This document shows, in pieces, positions 9,954 to 19,709 of a DNA stretch of 64,000 bases. Position numbers and translations under genes: made by a program. This stretch comes from Candidatus Micrarchaeota archaeon. GTDB taxonomy: Archaea; Micrarchaeota; Micrarchaeia; Anstonellales; JAHKLY01. Position 1 is the stretch's first letter. Every line of letters begins with the position of its first letter. The stretch is from contig JAHKLY010000001.1 in NCBI GenBank assembly GCA_020854825.1, positions 32,001 through 96,000 of the forward strand, written 5' to 3'. The notes below the pieces were generated by a model. The model saw only the letters and a program-made list of their open reading frames with translations, was not told the origin of the DNA and did no database searches.

Positions 9954-10205
9954 TTATTGTCTATCCATAGAAAGTACATCTATTTCACTTATGCCTTCTA
10001 TTGCTTTAATCCTTTCTTCTACTTCATCAAAACCCTCCTCTTTGTCTTCAACAAAGATTTGAGCTTTAATTACTTTAATACCAAATCCCACATCTTCTAA
10101 TTCTGCCATATTTAATCTGCATACCTCTTTTATTTTTTCGATCATTTCTTGGATTCTATCTTGATCTTCAGTAGATATTCTAACATTTACAACTACATCT
10201 GCCAT
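9954..10205 (-). CDS. ef1b: Translation elongation factor aEF-1beta
   Basis: EDVGFGIKVIK motif; 83 aa; downstream of a zinc-ribbon gene as in the conserved archaeal pair. Confidence 0.9.
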   Translation of the reverse strand: MADVVVNVRISTEDQDRIQEMIEKIKEVCRLNMAELEDVGFGIKVIKAQIFVEDKEEGFDEVEERIKAIEGISEIDVLSMDRQ

Positions 10206-10214
10206 TAAAACACC

Positions 10215-10364
10215 TCATGGACCTTCAATTTTGCATTTTTTACATACATATGGGACTCCTAATTCTCTGCAATGAAGACATCTTATTATTGTTTCTCCAC
10301 AGTCTGGACATGGAAATTCCACAAATTTTGCTGCAACTTTTCCGCAACCATCACATTTCTTCAT
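10215..10364 (-). CDS. Small zinc-ribbon protein (COG2888/DUF1610 family)
   Basis: Below ORF cut-off. MKKCDGCGKVAAKFVEFPCPDCGETIIRCLHCRELGVPYVCKKCKIEGP: four CxxC motifs, terminal EGP, GGTGA RBS. Confidence 0.92.
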   Translation of the reverse strand: MKKCDGCGKVAAKFVEFPCPDCGETIIRCLHCRELGVPYVCKKCKIEGP

Positions 10365-10431
10365 AATATCACCTAATACCTAAAATAAGCAATATTATTT
10401 AAAGGGAAACCTCTTTAAAATACTTACTATT

Positions 10432-10505
10432 GCCCTTATAGTATAACTTGGATAGAATAGAACCTTGCGGAGGTTAAGATCGGGGTTCAAATCCCCGTAG
10501 GGGCA
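10432..10505 (+). tRNA. tRNA-Arg(GCG), intronless
   Basis: Acceptor GCCCTTA/TAGGGGC, anticodon loop TTGCGGA, T-arm CGGGG-TTCAAAT-CCCCG. Confidence 0.92.
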
Positions 10506-10513
10506 TTAATTAG

Positions 10514-10688
10514 TGCGCCTGCCGGGAATCGAACCCGGTTCTCAAGCTTTTTCCAAAAATTATTTTTAGGATTTAAATTTTCGTAGCAACCTGTATTTTT
10601 AAATTTTCTTTTTTGAGTAAAGACCTTTTCTTTTTTAAAAAAAAAGGATTTATGGGAAGCTCGTATCCTACCGGTAGACTACAAGCGC
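10514..10688 (-). tRNA. tRNA-Gly(CCC) with 104-nt intron at 37/38 (intron 10549-10652)
   Basis: Exons GCGCTTGTAGTCTACCGGTAGGATACGAGCTTCCCA and AGCTTGAGAACCGGGTTCGATTCCCGGCAGGCGCA; BHB central helix TTCC/GGAA with bulges CA|T and AA|A. Confidence 0.93.
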
Positions 10689-11186
10689 TTAAATTTTTGA
10701 ACCTAAGAAACAACTAATTCCTCCAATTAAAAGTGAAGATGCTAAATATAAAATTATATCTTGAACTAAAATATTAAAAAGAAATAATACCGAAATAACA
10801 AAAATAACTAAAACACTTGAAACCACTCCTATTAAACAACCACTACAAGAACAACAAATTGCAGATTTCTTTTTTTGTTTTGCTAATATTCTAGAGGCAA
10901 GCATAGAAAATACAAACACAAAAAACAAATTTAAATATAGTATTTTAGAAACAAATAAGTATGTTATAAGAGAAAAAACAAACGCTAAAAATGAAAAACT
11001 TAACACTAACATTAGTTTATGAGGTTTTGAAAATTCTTCAGGAGCATTTCTAGGCAATTCTACTTTTTCTTTTTTAGATATTGTTTTCTTCGTTACTGTC
11101 TTTTTCTTAGTATTTGATTTCTTTTTAGCTGTCTTTTTTTTAGTAGTTTTTGATCTTCTACTTTTTGAATTTTTCTTAGTTACCAT
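10689..11186 (-). CDS. Membrane protein with Lys-rich N-terminal tail
   Basis: About 40-aa K/T/S-rich N-terminus followed by ~4 TM helices; stop codon abuts the tRNA-Gly 5' end. Confidence 0.7.
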   Translation of the reverse strand: MVTKKNSKSRRSKTTKKKTAKKKSNTKKKTVTKKTISKKEKVELPRNAPEEFSKPHKLMLVLSFSFLAFVFSLITYLFVSKILYLNLFFVFVFSMLASRILAKQKKKSAICCSCSGCLIGVVSSVLVIFVISVLFLFNILVQDIILYLASSLLIGGISCFLGSKI

Positions 11187-11239
11187 AAAATAATTAAAAT
11201 CCTATAATATTTAAATGTTCTCTCTTACTAAATAACAAT

Positions 11240-12010
11240 ATGAAAATAAAGATAAATGTTAAAAAATCATTAAATGATAATGCTTCAGATTATTACAGTA
11301 AAAGTAAATTTGCAAGAAAAAAAATAGAAAGATTAGAAAAAGAAATAGAAAAAACAAAAGAATTATTGAAAAAAGAAGAATCAAAGCCTAAACCTAAGAA
11401 AAAAACAAGAATAAAAAGAGAAAAGGAATGGTTTGAAAGATTTAGATGGTTTTTAACCTCAAAAGGAAAATTAGTAATTGCAGGTAGAGATGCAAAACAA
11501 AATGATGTTTTATACTCTCAATATTTAGAGGATAATGACTTATTTTTTCATGCAGATATTCAAGGTGCACCAGCAACAATTCTAAAAGACGGAATAAATG
11601 CAACAGAAGAAGAAAAGGAAGAAACAGCTATCTTTGCAGCTTCATATTCTAGCGCATGGAAAACTGGATATACAACTGTAGACGTATATGCACTTAGAAA
11701 AGAACAAGTAGGAAAACACTCACAAGGAGGATCAGTAGGTAAAGGTGCATTTACTTTAACTGGTGAAAGAGAATGGTTTAAAAATACTATTCTAGGATTA
11801 ACTCTTTTTACTGAAAAAAATAAAAAAAATATTGAGATTGTAAAGGTTTTACCAGGTGAAAATAAAAGCGCAGGAAAAAAACGAGTCATAATCAAACCTG
11901 GAAATAAAGAAAAGGGAGAAATTGCAAAAATAATAGCTAAAAAATTAGATGCTGAAATAGATGAAATTCTACAAATTTTACCTCAAGGCACTACTGATAT
12001 TATAGAATAA
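11240..12010 (+). CDS. NFACT RNA-binding domain protein (truncated Rqc2/NEMF-like, DUF814)
   Basis: NASDYY..SK..RKK, WFERFRWF, IAGRDAKQND, FFHADIQGAP, AASYSSAWK, GAF...GER. Confidence 0.88.
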   Translation: MKIKINVKKSLNDNASDYYSKSKFARKKIERLEKEIEKTKELLKKEESKPKPKKKTRIKREKEWFERFRWFLTSKGKLVIAGRDAKQNDVLYSQYLEDNDLFFHADIQGAPATILKDGINATEEEKEETAIFAASYSSAWKTGYTTVDVYALRKEQVGKHSQGGSVGKGAFTLTGEREWFKNTILGLTLFTEKNKKNIEIVKVLPGENKSAGKKRVIIKPGNKEKGEIAKIIAKKLDAEIDEILQILPQGTTDIIE

Positions 12011-13174
12011 CTATTCCTGAGCTAATTGAGTTTCAATAGTTCTTGTTTCTGATTTTAAAATAGTAAGCATCTCTTGTCTAGAAGTTGAAACATTTAATTT
12101 TTGAATAACTAATATAGCATAAGAAATTTTACTTAATTCTTGTTCTGTTGAATCACTTTCATAAACCCAACGTTTTACTTGAGTTAAAAATTCACCAATA
12201 GCCTTTTTTAATTTATCATTAGAAATTTTTAATTTGATTAAGTCATCTACTTCTATATATTCAATATAAGATGTATCTTTTTCTAATTCTGCTGCAACTA
12301 AATGATTATAAAAAGGGTTAATTATACTTTTATATTTAAAAGCTTCTGCTTCTTCTGCTTTTCGTTTTTCTTCTTTTTCTGCCAAAATTCTCTCTTCACC
12401 AACTAAAAAGTGAGTAGCATAATCATCAAAAGATTTTTTTTTATGGTCAGAATATCCTTGGTTTGCGGCTGGTTTAAATTCTTCTGGTAATCTATCAAAA
12501 TAATTTACTTTATAATCATCTAAAATAAATGTTTCATCAAATTTAACCTTATTACTTTTATCTTGAAATAATACTATAATTCCTACTAATTCTTTAACTG
12601 CTTCTTCTGTTAGTGTATATTTTTTAAGAGATAATACATCATCTCTGAATACTTTTTTAACATCAGATAAAACACTATCCATAAATCCTTCTCCAGTTAA
12701 ATTTTCTGCTTCTCTTGCTATTTGTGCATATGCTTCTAAATCATCTGCTTTTAATGCTGCTTGCATTCCTTTTTTTATACATTCTCTAGCAATTAAATAA
12801 TTTCTATTTTCATTTCTAATATTTAAATGGTATATCGCTCCTTCTAAATATGTTTCATATGCTAACCTTTGCCTATCTTGTTTAGCATCTTCTCTAAAAT
12901 TCTCAGCTCTAAGTTCTAATAATTCTCCTGCGTACTGATACTGTCCTAGTTCCTTAAATTTAATTGCAGTTTGAACAGTTAATGAAACCCAAAGAATATT
13001 ATCCTCTGTATTAATACCTTGTCTTGTTAATTGAACTGCTCTAGCATAATCCTTATTTTGAATTGCATCTTCTAATTGTTGAACTATTTTTGCTTGTTGT
13101 TCATTAGCTGGAGTTACGAGATAATTTATTGACTTCATATATATCTCTGTTTTTTGTACATATTCTGGGGACAT
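12011..13174 (-). CDS. Helical-repeat hypothetical protein, longer paralog of 6544-7167
   Basis: N-terminal ~160 aa align with the 207-aa ORF; the remaining C-terminal part is not shared. Confidence 0.7.
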   Translation of the reverse strand: MSPEYVQKTEIYMKSINYLVTPANEQQAKIVQQLEDAIQNKDYARAVQLTRQGINTEDNILWVSLTVQTAIKFKELGQYQYAGELLELRAENFREDAKQDRQRLAYETYLEGAIYHLNIRNENRNYLIARECIKKGMQAALKADDLEAYAQIAREAENLTGEGFMDSVLSDVKKVFRDDVLSLKKYTLTEEAVKELVGIIVLFQDKSNKVKFDETFILDDYKVNYFDRLPEEFKPAANQGYSDHKKKSFDDYATHFLVGEERILAEKEEKRKAEEAEAFKYKSIINPFYNHLVAAELEKDTSYIEYIEVDDLIKLKISNDKLKKAIGEFLTQVKRWVYESDSTEQELSKISYAILVIQKLNVSTSRQEMLTILKSETRTIETQLAQE

Positions 13175-13175
13175 A

Positions 13176-13607
13176 TCAATTTCCTCGTTTTATTTTAAAT
13201 TCTGAATTAATTTTATTTTCTAAATTAATTGAAATTTTTTCCAATCTTTCTATATTATTATGACATGATTCAACATCTCGTTCTTGAGATTTTAATCTTT
13301 CAGCTTCTTTAATCCAAGAACTAATCGAATATTCAATATTCTCTAATGCTTTTCTAAAATCTCCTACTTCTTCATATTTTATGGCTAATGTTTCAAATAA
13401 TCTTGCACACCTATAATAATTAGGAGTTTCTTTATGAAAAGCTTTTGATAAATTTAAAAACGTTGATTCTAAATCTCCTCTATCTAAAAATTTTTTAGCA
13501 TTAAAAATATATGCTTCGAATGTTTCTCCTTCTTCTATGGTAGTATCAAATTTTTTACCTTCAATTGTTTTACCAGGAGTTATATTTAATTTATCAAGTA
13601 ATGTCAT
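13176..13607 (-). CDS. TPR-like hypothetical protein, paralog of 7168-7602
   Basis: 143 vs 144 aa, collinear alignment; same gene order as the first pair. Confidence 0.75.
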   Translation of the reverse strand: MTLLDKLNITPGKTIEGKKFDTTIEEGETFEAYIFNAKKFLDRGDLESTFLNLSKAFHKETPNYYRCARLFETLAIKYEEVGDFRKALENIEYSISSWIKEAERLKSQERDVESCHNNIERLEKISINLENKINSEFKIKRGN

Positions 13608-13752
13608 ATATTTTGTATGGAGTTTAACATTTAAAAAGGTTTTCTTAAATTTGAATTATGTTTGTTTAATAGAATATATACTCTGATATTTTTAAGATGT
13701 TTTAATAAAAGTAAGATAATGGAAAGGTTTATAAAGTCAGAATGCGCTATTT

Positions 13753-14073
13753 ATGTGGGTTGATTATATGAAAATGAAGACAAAAGTATTTATTGGATTG
13801 CTTGCAGTCAGTTCAATTTTTGGTCAAAATAGAATAAATCCCTTTGATAATATTAAACCAAGTTCGGATTACTTAAAAATAGAAGAAATTGGAACTGATA
13901 CTAAAGAAAAAATAAAAAATACTATCTCATCCCCTAAGAAAAAAGAAGGAAAATCAAGAAGAAAAGGAAAAGAAAATAAAGAAAAAAGATGGGAAAAAAC
14001 CCCTCCGGAAAAAAGGGATTATTTTGAAATAGAAAATTGGAAATCAAGAGAAGGAAAGTTCGTTTATTGTTAA
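13753..14073 (+). CDS. Hypothetical protein with possible signal peptide
   Basis: MKTKVFIGLLAVSSIFG hydrophobic leader, basic C-terminal half; TTTATAAA promoter at ~13728. Confidence 0.5.
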   Translation: MWVDYMKMKTKVFIGLLAVSSIFGQNRINPFDNIKPSSDYLKIEEIGTDTKEKIKNTISSPKKKEGKSRRKGKENKEKRWEKTPPEKRDYFEIENWKSREGKFVYC

Positions 14074-14077
14074 ACAA

Positions 14078-16612
14078 TTAATATATAACTCCCATAATTG
14101 TTTCCGCTGAAATGTTTTGATTGGGTGAGGATGTTTTATCAATTTTTGAAGAACTTACTCGTTTTAAAAGGCCTGATTTTTTAAACAAAAAATTATTAAT
14201 TCTTAGTTTGTATAACTCTACATCTACTTTTAAAGAATTTAATACAAATCCCCTATGAAATTCAACTGTTGAAATTTCTCCATTTTTATTATATGCAATA
14301 AGTAAATTATGTGTGTTGTTAGTTCCCCAATGACTAACCTTCTCTTCAAGATAGTCACCGGGTTCTATTTCTCCCAACATATTATTTACATCTTGTCCAA
14401 AATTATGAGTTATTTCTATGGCCCTCTCTCCAGAAACAAAATGTAAGGGTATTTGATCACTTATGCTTCCCGTACTTTTAAACCAAATAACTCCTGGATA
14501 ATTACTAGTTGATCTTATAAATATATTTTGTTTTGTTTTTGTAGAATGGCTCGCATTTATATTAAATAAATTTTCTTTTACATTTGTTAAACCTAAATGC
14601 TCCTTTATTTTAAAAGGTATCTTAGTTAAATCTATTATTTGTCTTCTAGAACTTAATTGAGTTCTAATAGTTCCCAAATTATCATTTGTTTTTAAAATTC
14701 CATATATGGAAAATACTTTCCATTCTTCCACTGTCGGAGATGAAGTTTTGTCTCTTTGAAGATATAGATTATCTAACGTTCTTTCTAAAACTTTAATAAA
14801 TAATTCTTTATTCCTTCCGCCTAATCTCTGTTGAATTGTAGTAGCATCAGTCCACTGATTAGAAGCAATATAATTAAATGTTGCTTGCATTTCCTCTTTA
14901 TTATTTACTTGAAACCCATACCACCAGAAAATTTCTAATTTTACTAATGCATCATAACAATCATTAAACTTAGGTACATAAAGACCCATATCTATCTTTG
15001 TTTCAAATATTAACATACCATAAAAAGATACAAATAACTTGTGTAAATGATTATTTTCATTTTGATTTAAATTTACTCTATTATAATAATAAATACTCAG
15101 CATATCTTTTACGGATATATCCTGTTTTCCAGTTTCATAAGAATTTTTTTGAAAACCCACTATTGTTTCTAATATCTTTTCATTTGTTGAAATTCCTTCT
15201 AAATTAGCTCTGAAACAATTCTGTTTTTTTCCTTGTAAATTATGAAACACTTCATCTAATATAAAAAAGGAGAACACAGTTGTAAAATAATTTTCATAAT
15301 TTTTTTGGTGTGGGTAAAACTTTCTGCTTCTTAAAAATTCTGTGGTTTTTTGGATTAACTGAGAAAATTTAGGCAATGTTTCTTGGTTTAAATATGATTC
15401 TATTTTGGGAGGGTGAATGTTTTGTGATTTTAAAAATTGTTTTCCTTCCTCAGGCATATTTTCCATTATGGCCTCCCATCTACTTTGAGTAGAATTAAAA
15501 TCTCCATAAATAATTTTGATTGCTTCTTCTGGAAGGAATTGTTTTATTCTATTTATCATAAATTCAAAAGAAGAATTTAAAGTTTCATTAGTGTTAATAT
15601 TACTTTCAATATTTTTGGTTATTTGATCTACTATATTCGAAAGAGTATAAAAATGAGTAATATCTCTAAATCTAAATTTTGCTATTTTTTCTAGATCTTG
15701 AGCTGAAAAAACTTGTTTTCCAATTGAAGTTATATATTCAGAAGAATAAATTGAATTTAAAGAAAGAAATATTTTGTAAACTTCATATTGGGATTCTTTT
15801 TTAGTTTTTAGTAAACTATTTAACATAAATAAAGTTGGAGTATCTCTATTATTTATAATAAAACTCTCTAAGATATATCCTGTTTTTGAAATTACTCCTT
15901 TTTCAGATAATTCACTGATTGTGTATGGATTTCTCCTCTCGGGGAATTGATTCTTTAGGGTTTCAATCATTAAATATGCTTCTAACATTGATTTTTCTTG
16001 ATCATATAACTGTGCTTTTTCAAGTATCCCCGTATTGGTATCTATAATTAATGAACTAAATGACTCATCTATTTCTGTAATGTGTCTTTCTATATCCCCT
16101 ATTGACGTTTGTGTTTGGACTTTAAATTTCATATCAAATATATTCCATTTTACTATTTCACATAACTGATCTGCCATATCTGTGTTGTTATGTTCAAAAG
16201 AAAAATTTAAATAAAATTTAGATAAATTAAAATATGATAAATCCTGACCTTCAAAGGAAACATCAAAAAATGAATTATATACAATTCTCTCTGCATCTTC
16301 TTTAGTAATTAATAAATTAATTCCTTGATTTTGAAAATAGTGAATCGCAGTAGCAGTGTTAATTAAAATTTCTTGTATTTTTTCTATTCTTGTTGCTTTA
16401 TTTGGTATGTCTATTAAACAAGAATTTAAATCAATTATCAAAAAATTTAATATTTTTATTGCTGAATTATAGTCTTCTTCAGTAAACTTAATTTCTCCTC
16501 TTCCAAAAGATTTGTTTCTATCTAACCCATTTTGCATTAAATAAAAATATGATGGGAAGATTGGATTTACATCTATATTCACTTCTGGTTTAAAATTGAA
16601 CTCCACTTTCAT
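14078..16612 (-). CDS. Large orphan protein (844 aa); C-terminus resembles the MepM/Csd3 linker domain
   Basis: Long ORF overlapping the upstream gene by 23 bp; no signal peptide or TM segment. Confidence 0.7.
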   Translation of the reverse strand: MKVEFNFKPEVNIDVNPIFPSYFYLMQNGLDRNKSFGRGEIKFTEEDYNSAIKILNFLIIDLNSCLIDIPNKATRIEKIQEILINTATAIHYFQNQGINLLITKEDAERIVYNSFFDVSFEGQDLSYFNLSKFYLNFSFEHNNTDMADQLCEIVKWNIFDMKFKVQTQTSIGDIERHITEIDESFSSLIIDTNTGILEKAQLYDQEKSMLEAYLMIETLKNQFPERRNPYTISELSEKGVISKTGYILESFIINNRDTPTLFMLNSLLKTKKESQYEVYKIFLSLNSIYSSEYITSIGKQVFSAQDLEKIAKFRFRDITHFYTLSNIVDQITKNIESNINTNETLNSSFEFMINRIKQFLPEEAIKIIYGDFNSTQSRWEAIMENMPEEGKQFLKSQNIHPPKIESYLNQETLPKFSQLIQKTTEFLRSRKFYPHQKNYENYFTTVFSFFILDEVFHNLQGKKQNCFRANLEGISTNEKILETIVGFQKNSYETGKQDISVKDMLSIYYYNRVNLNQNENNHLHKLFVSFYGMLIFETKIDMGLYVPKFNDCYDALVKLEIFWWYGFQVNNKEEMQATFNYIASNQWTDATTIQQRLGGRNKELFIKVLERTLDNLYLQRDKTSSPTVEEWKVFSIYGILKTNDNLGTIRTQLSSRRQIIDLTKIPFKIKEHLGLTNVKENLFNINASHSTKTKQNIFIRSTSNYPGVIWFKSTGSISDQIPLHFVSGERAIEITHNFGQDVNNMLGEIEPGDYLEEKVSHWGTNNTHNLLIAYNKNGEISTVEFHRGFVLNSLKVDVELYKLRINNFLFKKSGLLKRVSSSKIDKTSSPNQNISAETIMGVIY

Positions 16613-18614
16613 TTCCCCCTACTCTTTTTGCTTCTTGTAATTTTTTAATATCCTCATCTAAAAGTTTTAATTCTTCTGAGAGTATCCTTCTTTCATCTGA
16701 AGATGCAAAGGTAAACTCTTTTAATAACTCTTCTTTTCTTTTTGTTAAATTTTCTAATTCAGTTTTTTGAATTGCACTTTTTTGATCTTCTTTTTGAACA
16801 GGAAGAATCCTTGTTGTTTCAAAGATTTGCCTATTGTCCTCATTTTTTATTTGCCAAGGATTAACTGGTTCGGATTCTAACTCTCTTTTTGTTTCTTCTG
16901 TTTTTGATTCAGAAACTACTATCTTTTTTGGTGTTTCTTTTTGAGATGTATATATTTCCTCTTTCTTTGATTCTTTTAATACAATTGAAGGTACTATAGG
17001 ACCTAAAATAATTTTTAGATTTTTTCTTTTTGTTTCTTCAACAACTAAAACTTCTGGTTCTTTTCCGGTTAATTTTGAATATTTTTCTCTTTCAAATTCA
17101 AGATCTGCATTTCTACTTTCTAAATCCAATAATATTTTTTCTGCTTCTTTTTCATGTACTTTTGCAAGTTCTATTTTTCCTTGTTTTTTATATTCTGCAC
17201 TAATTGCTAATTCATCTAAATATTCCATAGTAAGTATGCTCACATCTCTTTGAGCTAAAGATATCAAAACAAATAAATTTGCCTCTTCCTTTGTTATTTC
17301 TCCTGCTTTAATAGCTTCTGCAAATGGTTCAGTATTAGGATCAAAAAATGCATATTTTTCAATTCTATTTCCCTTTCTAATTTCTCTTATTTTATATGGG
17401 ACTTCTATTCCGGGGAACATTTCAACTGTTCCTTCATATTCTACTCTTTGATTAAATGAAGGAAATTCACGTGAATCTGATTTAGATAAATCTTTAGAAA
17501 TAGAAGCTGTCCAAACATTCTTTTCTATCTTTCTTTCTAACTCTTCAATTTCCTGCGCAATTTGATCTTCTTCTGGAATAATTGGAGATTTTTCAACTCG
17601 TTGTTGTTCTTCTCTTATAAATTGTTTTTCAGTTTCTTTAATTTCTTTACCAGATTTAAGTTTTAATTCTTCTTTTTCTGCTGTTACCTCACGTTCCTTA
17701 GGAGGTATTGGAGTTGAGTCTAAAATAGGGATTTCAATAATCTTTTCAGCAGTAACATCTACATTATATTTATCTCTAAATTCTAAAATCTTATTAATTT
17801 CTTTTTCTTTATTATTTAGCCATTCTACATAATTTTCATATATATGATATTTTTCTTTTAAATTTTCAATATCCTTTTTAAATTCTTCTAATTTATCACT
17901 AAAAAGAGAACGAACATCCCTGCCTATTGCATCTGTAATTTCTTCTGGAACTGGTAATTTAATTTGACCAAAACCCTCTTCAGAAATAATTGGAGACTTT
18001 TGAATTCTTTCTTTCTCTTCTATTATAAATTCAGATTTTGGAGGTTCTCTAATTGAACGACTTCTCAAAGTAGGAACCATTTGGCTATATTTTTTATCAA
18101 GTATCTCTCTTTCTCTTGGAGTTATATCTAAAGACCTTTCTTCTGCTCTTAATTCTATTTTTCCAATTGGCAATAAATATTCAGCTACATCTTGCCTCTC
18201 TTGCATCCAATTTATACAGTATTTTTTGATGCTATTATTTTCAATTTGATTAACAAATTGTTCTGCTAATGTTCCTTTTTTAGAAGAATCTAAATTATGT
18301 AAATAGCTTCTAATTAAGTTATCTCTTTCTTTAGAATAACCATAATGATAATATGTCAAAGCGATTACTTCTCTCAATTCGGGATTCCCTGCCCTAAATA
18401 TTTCTTTATATTTTTCATTTTTTTCTAAGTTATATGCTCTAAAAACAGCTTCATCAATTTTTGTCAATTGAATACCATACGGAACACCAGAAAAATATGC
18501 TAATTTTGTTCTTAAATCAATTTGTTCTTCTGGAGCATTTCTCCTTTCATACGCATAATAATTCCCTTTAATCGTGTCCATATGTGAAATTGATATATAA
18601 TCTGCCATATTCAA
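16590..18614 (-). CDS. Large acidic orphan protein (674 aa); N-terminal domain shared with 36660-37637
   Basis: Long E/K-rich ORF with an internal repeat (FIIEEKERIQKSPIISEE / FIREEQQRVEKSPIIPEE). Confidence 0.7.
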   Translation of the reverse strand: MNMADYISISHMDTIKGNYYAYERRNAPEEQIDLRTKLAYFSGVPYGIQLTKIDEAVFRAYNLEKNEKYKEIFRAGNPELREVIALTYYHYGYSKERDNLIRSYLHNLDSSKKGTLAEQFVNQIENNSIKKYCINWMQERQDVAEYLLPIGKIELRAEERSLDITPREREILDKKYSQMVPTLRSRSIREPPKSEFIIEEKERIQKSPIISEEGFGQIKLPVPEEITDAIGRDVRSLFSDKLEEFKKDIENLKEKYHIYENYVEWLNNKEKEINKILEFRDKYNVDVTAEKIIEIPILDSTPIPPKEREVTAEKEELKLKSGKEIKETEKQFIREEQQRVEKSPIIPEEDQIAQEIEELERKIEKNVWTASISKDLSKSDSREFPSFNQRVEYEGTVEMFPGIEVPYKIREIRKGNRIEKYAFFDPNTEPFAEAIKAGEITKEEANLFVLISLAQRDVSILTMEYLDELAISAEYKKQGKIELAKVHEKEAEKILLDLESRNADLEFEREKYSKLTGKEPEVLVVEETKRKNLKIILGPIVPSIVLKESKKEEIYTSQKETPKKIVVSESKTEETKRELESEPVNPWQIKNEDNRQIFETTRILPVQKEDQKSAIQKTELENLTKRKEELLKEFTFASSDERRILSEELKLLDEDIKKLQEAKRVGGNESGVQF

Positions 18615-18698
18615 CCCTCTTTTATATATATTTGGTATCTTTTTCTGTTTTTATATCTTTCGCAAGCTTTATTATTGTTTTTACAGGATTAAATATAT

Positions 18699-19709
18699 AT
18701 GAATATACTTATTACTGGTGCTACTGGACACTTAGGAGCTTATTTATTAGAAGAACTTGCAGATACAAATTATAATTTAAGAATACTTCTAAAAAATCCT
18801 GATGAAACCTCTAAATTAGAAAATTATCCCCATATTGAATTATTTTATGGAGATTTAACAGATCCAGAAACATTAGAAGGAGTAACAAAGGAAATACAGG
18901 TAGTTATACATCTAGCAGCAGTTATTGATTATATTGCTCCTGAAAGTACATTATATTCAGTTAATTATGAAGGTACAAAAAATCTAATACGAGAATGTGC
19001 TAAAACAGGAATTAAAAAATTTATATTTATTAGTTCCACCGCAGTTTATGGAAAAAATTTACCTAACTATCCAATAAAAGAAGATTATAGATTAAAACCA
19101 AATAATGCTTATGGAAAATCTAAAATGCTGGCTGAACAAGAGTTATTAAAATTCAAAGATGAGATGGATATTATAATACTTAGATTGTCTATGTTATATG
19201 GTAGAGGATTTAATAAAGGATACTTTTATATTTTAAGATCTATTGAAAATAAAAATATGAAAATTATAGGTGATGGAAAAAATCATATCCCTCTCCTACA
19301 TGCTAAAGATGCCATACAAGCAATAATATTAAGTTTAGAAAATAAAACAAAAAGTGGTTCAATATATAACGTTACAAATAAAAATACAATAACACAAAAC
19401 GAATTATTGCAAATAAGTGCAAAAGAGTTAAACATAGAGCCACCAAAAAATAAAACTCCTATTTTTATACCAAAAATATTAGCAGGTTTGGAAATATTAA
19501 CAAGCTATTTAACAATGAGTGAACCAAAATTATTAAATGAATATATTGATAAAATATCTTCTGACAGACAATTTAGTATATATACGATTGAAATTGAATT
19601 GGGATTTATTCCAAAAATGGACATAAAAAAAGGTATAAAAGAGATGGTTGAATATTATATACAAGAAGAATATAATAAAACGGAGGGAACAAAAAATGAA
19701 GAAAATTGA
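18699..19709 (+). CDS. NAD-dependent epimerase/dehydratase (extended SDR)
   Basis: ILITGATGHLG, VIHLAA, ISSTAVYG, YGKSK (YxxxK). Confidence 0.92.
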   Translation: MNILITGATGHLGAYLLEELADTNYNLRILLKNPDETSKLENYPHIELFYGDLTDPETLEGVTKEIQVVIHLAAVIDYIAPESTLYSVNYEGTKNLIRECAKTGIKKFIFISSTAVYGKNLPNYPIKEDYRLKPNNAYGKSKMLAEQELLKFKDEMDIIILRLSMLYGRGFNKGYFYILRSIENKNMKIIGDGKNHIPLLHAKDAIQAIILSLENKTKSGSIYNVTNKNTITQNELLQISAKELNIEPPKNKTPIFIPKILAGLEILTSYLTMSEPKLLNEYIDKISSDRQFSIYTIEIELGFIPKMDIKKGIKEMVEYYIQEEYNKTEGTKNEEN

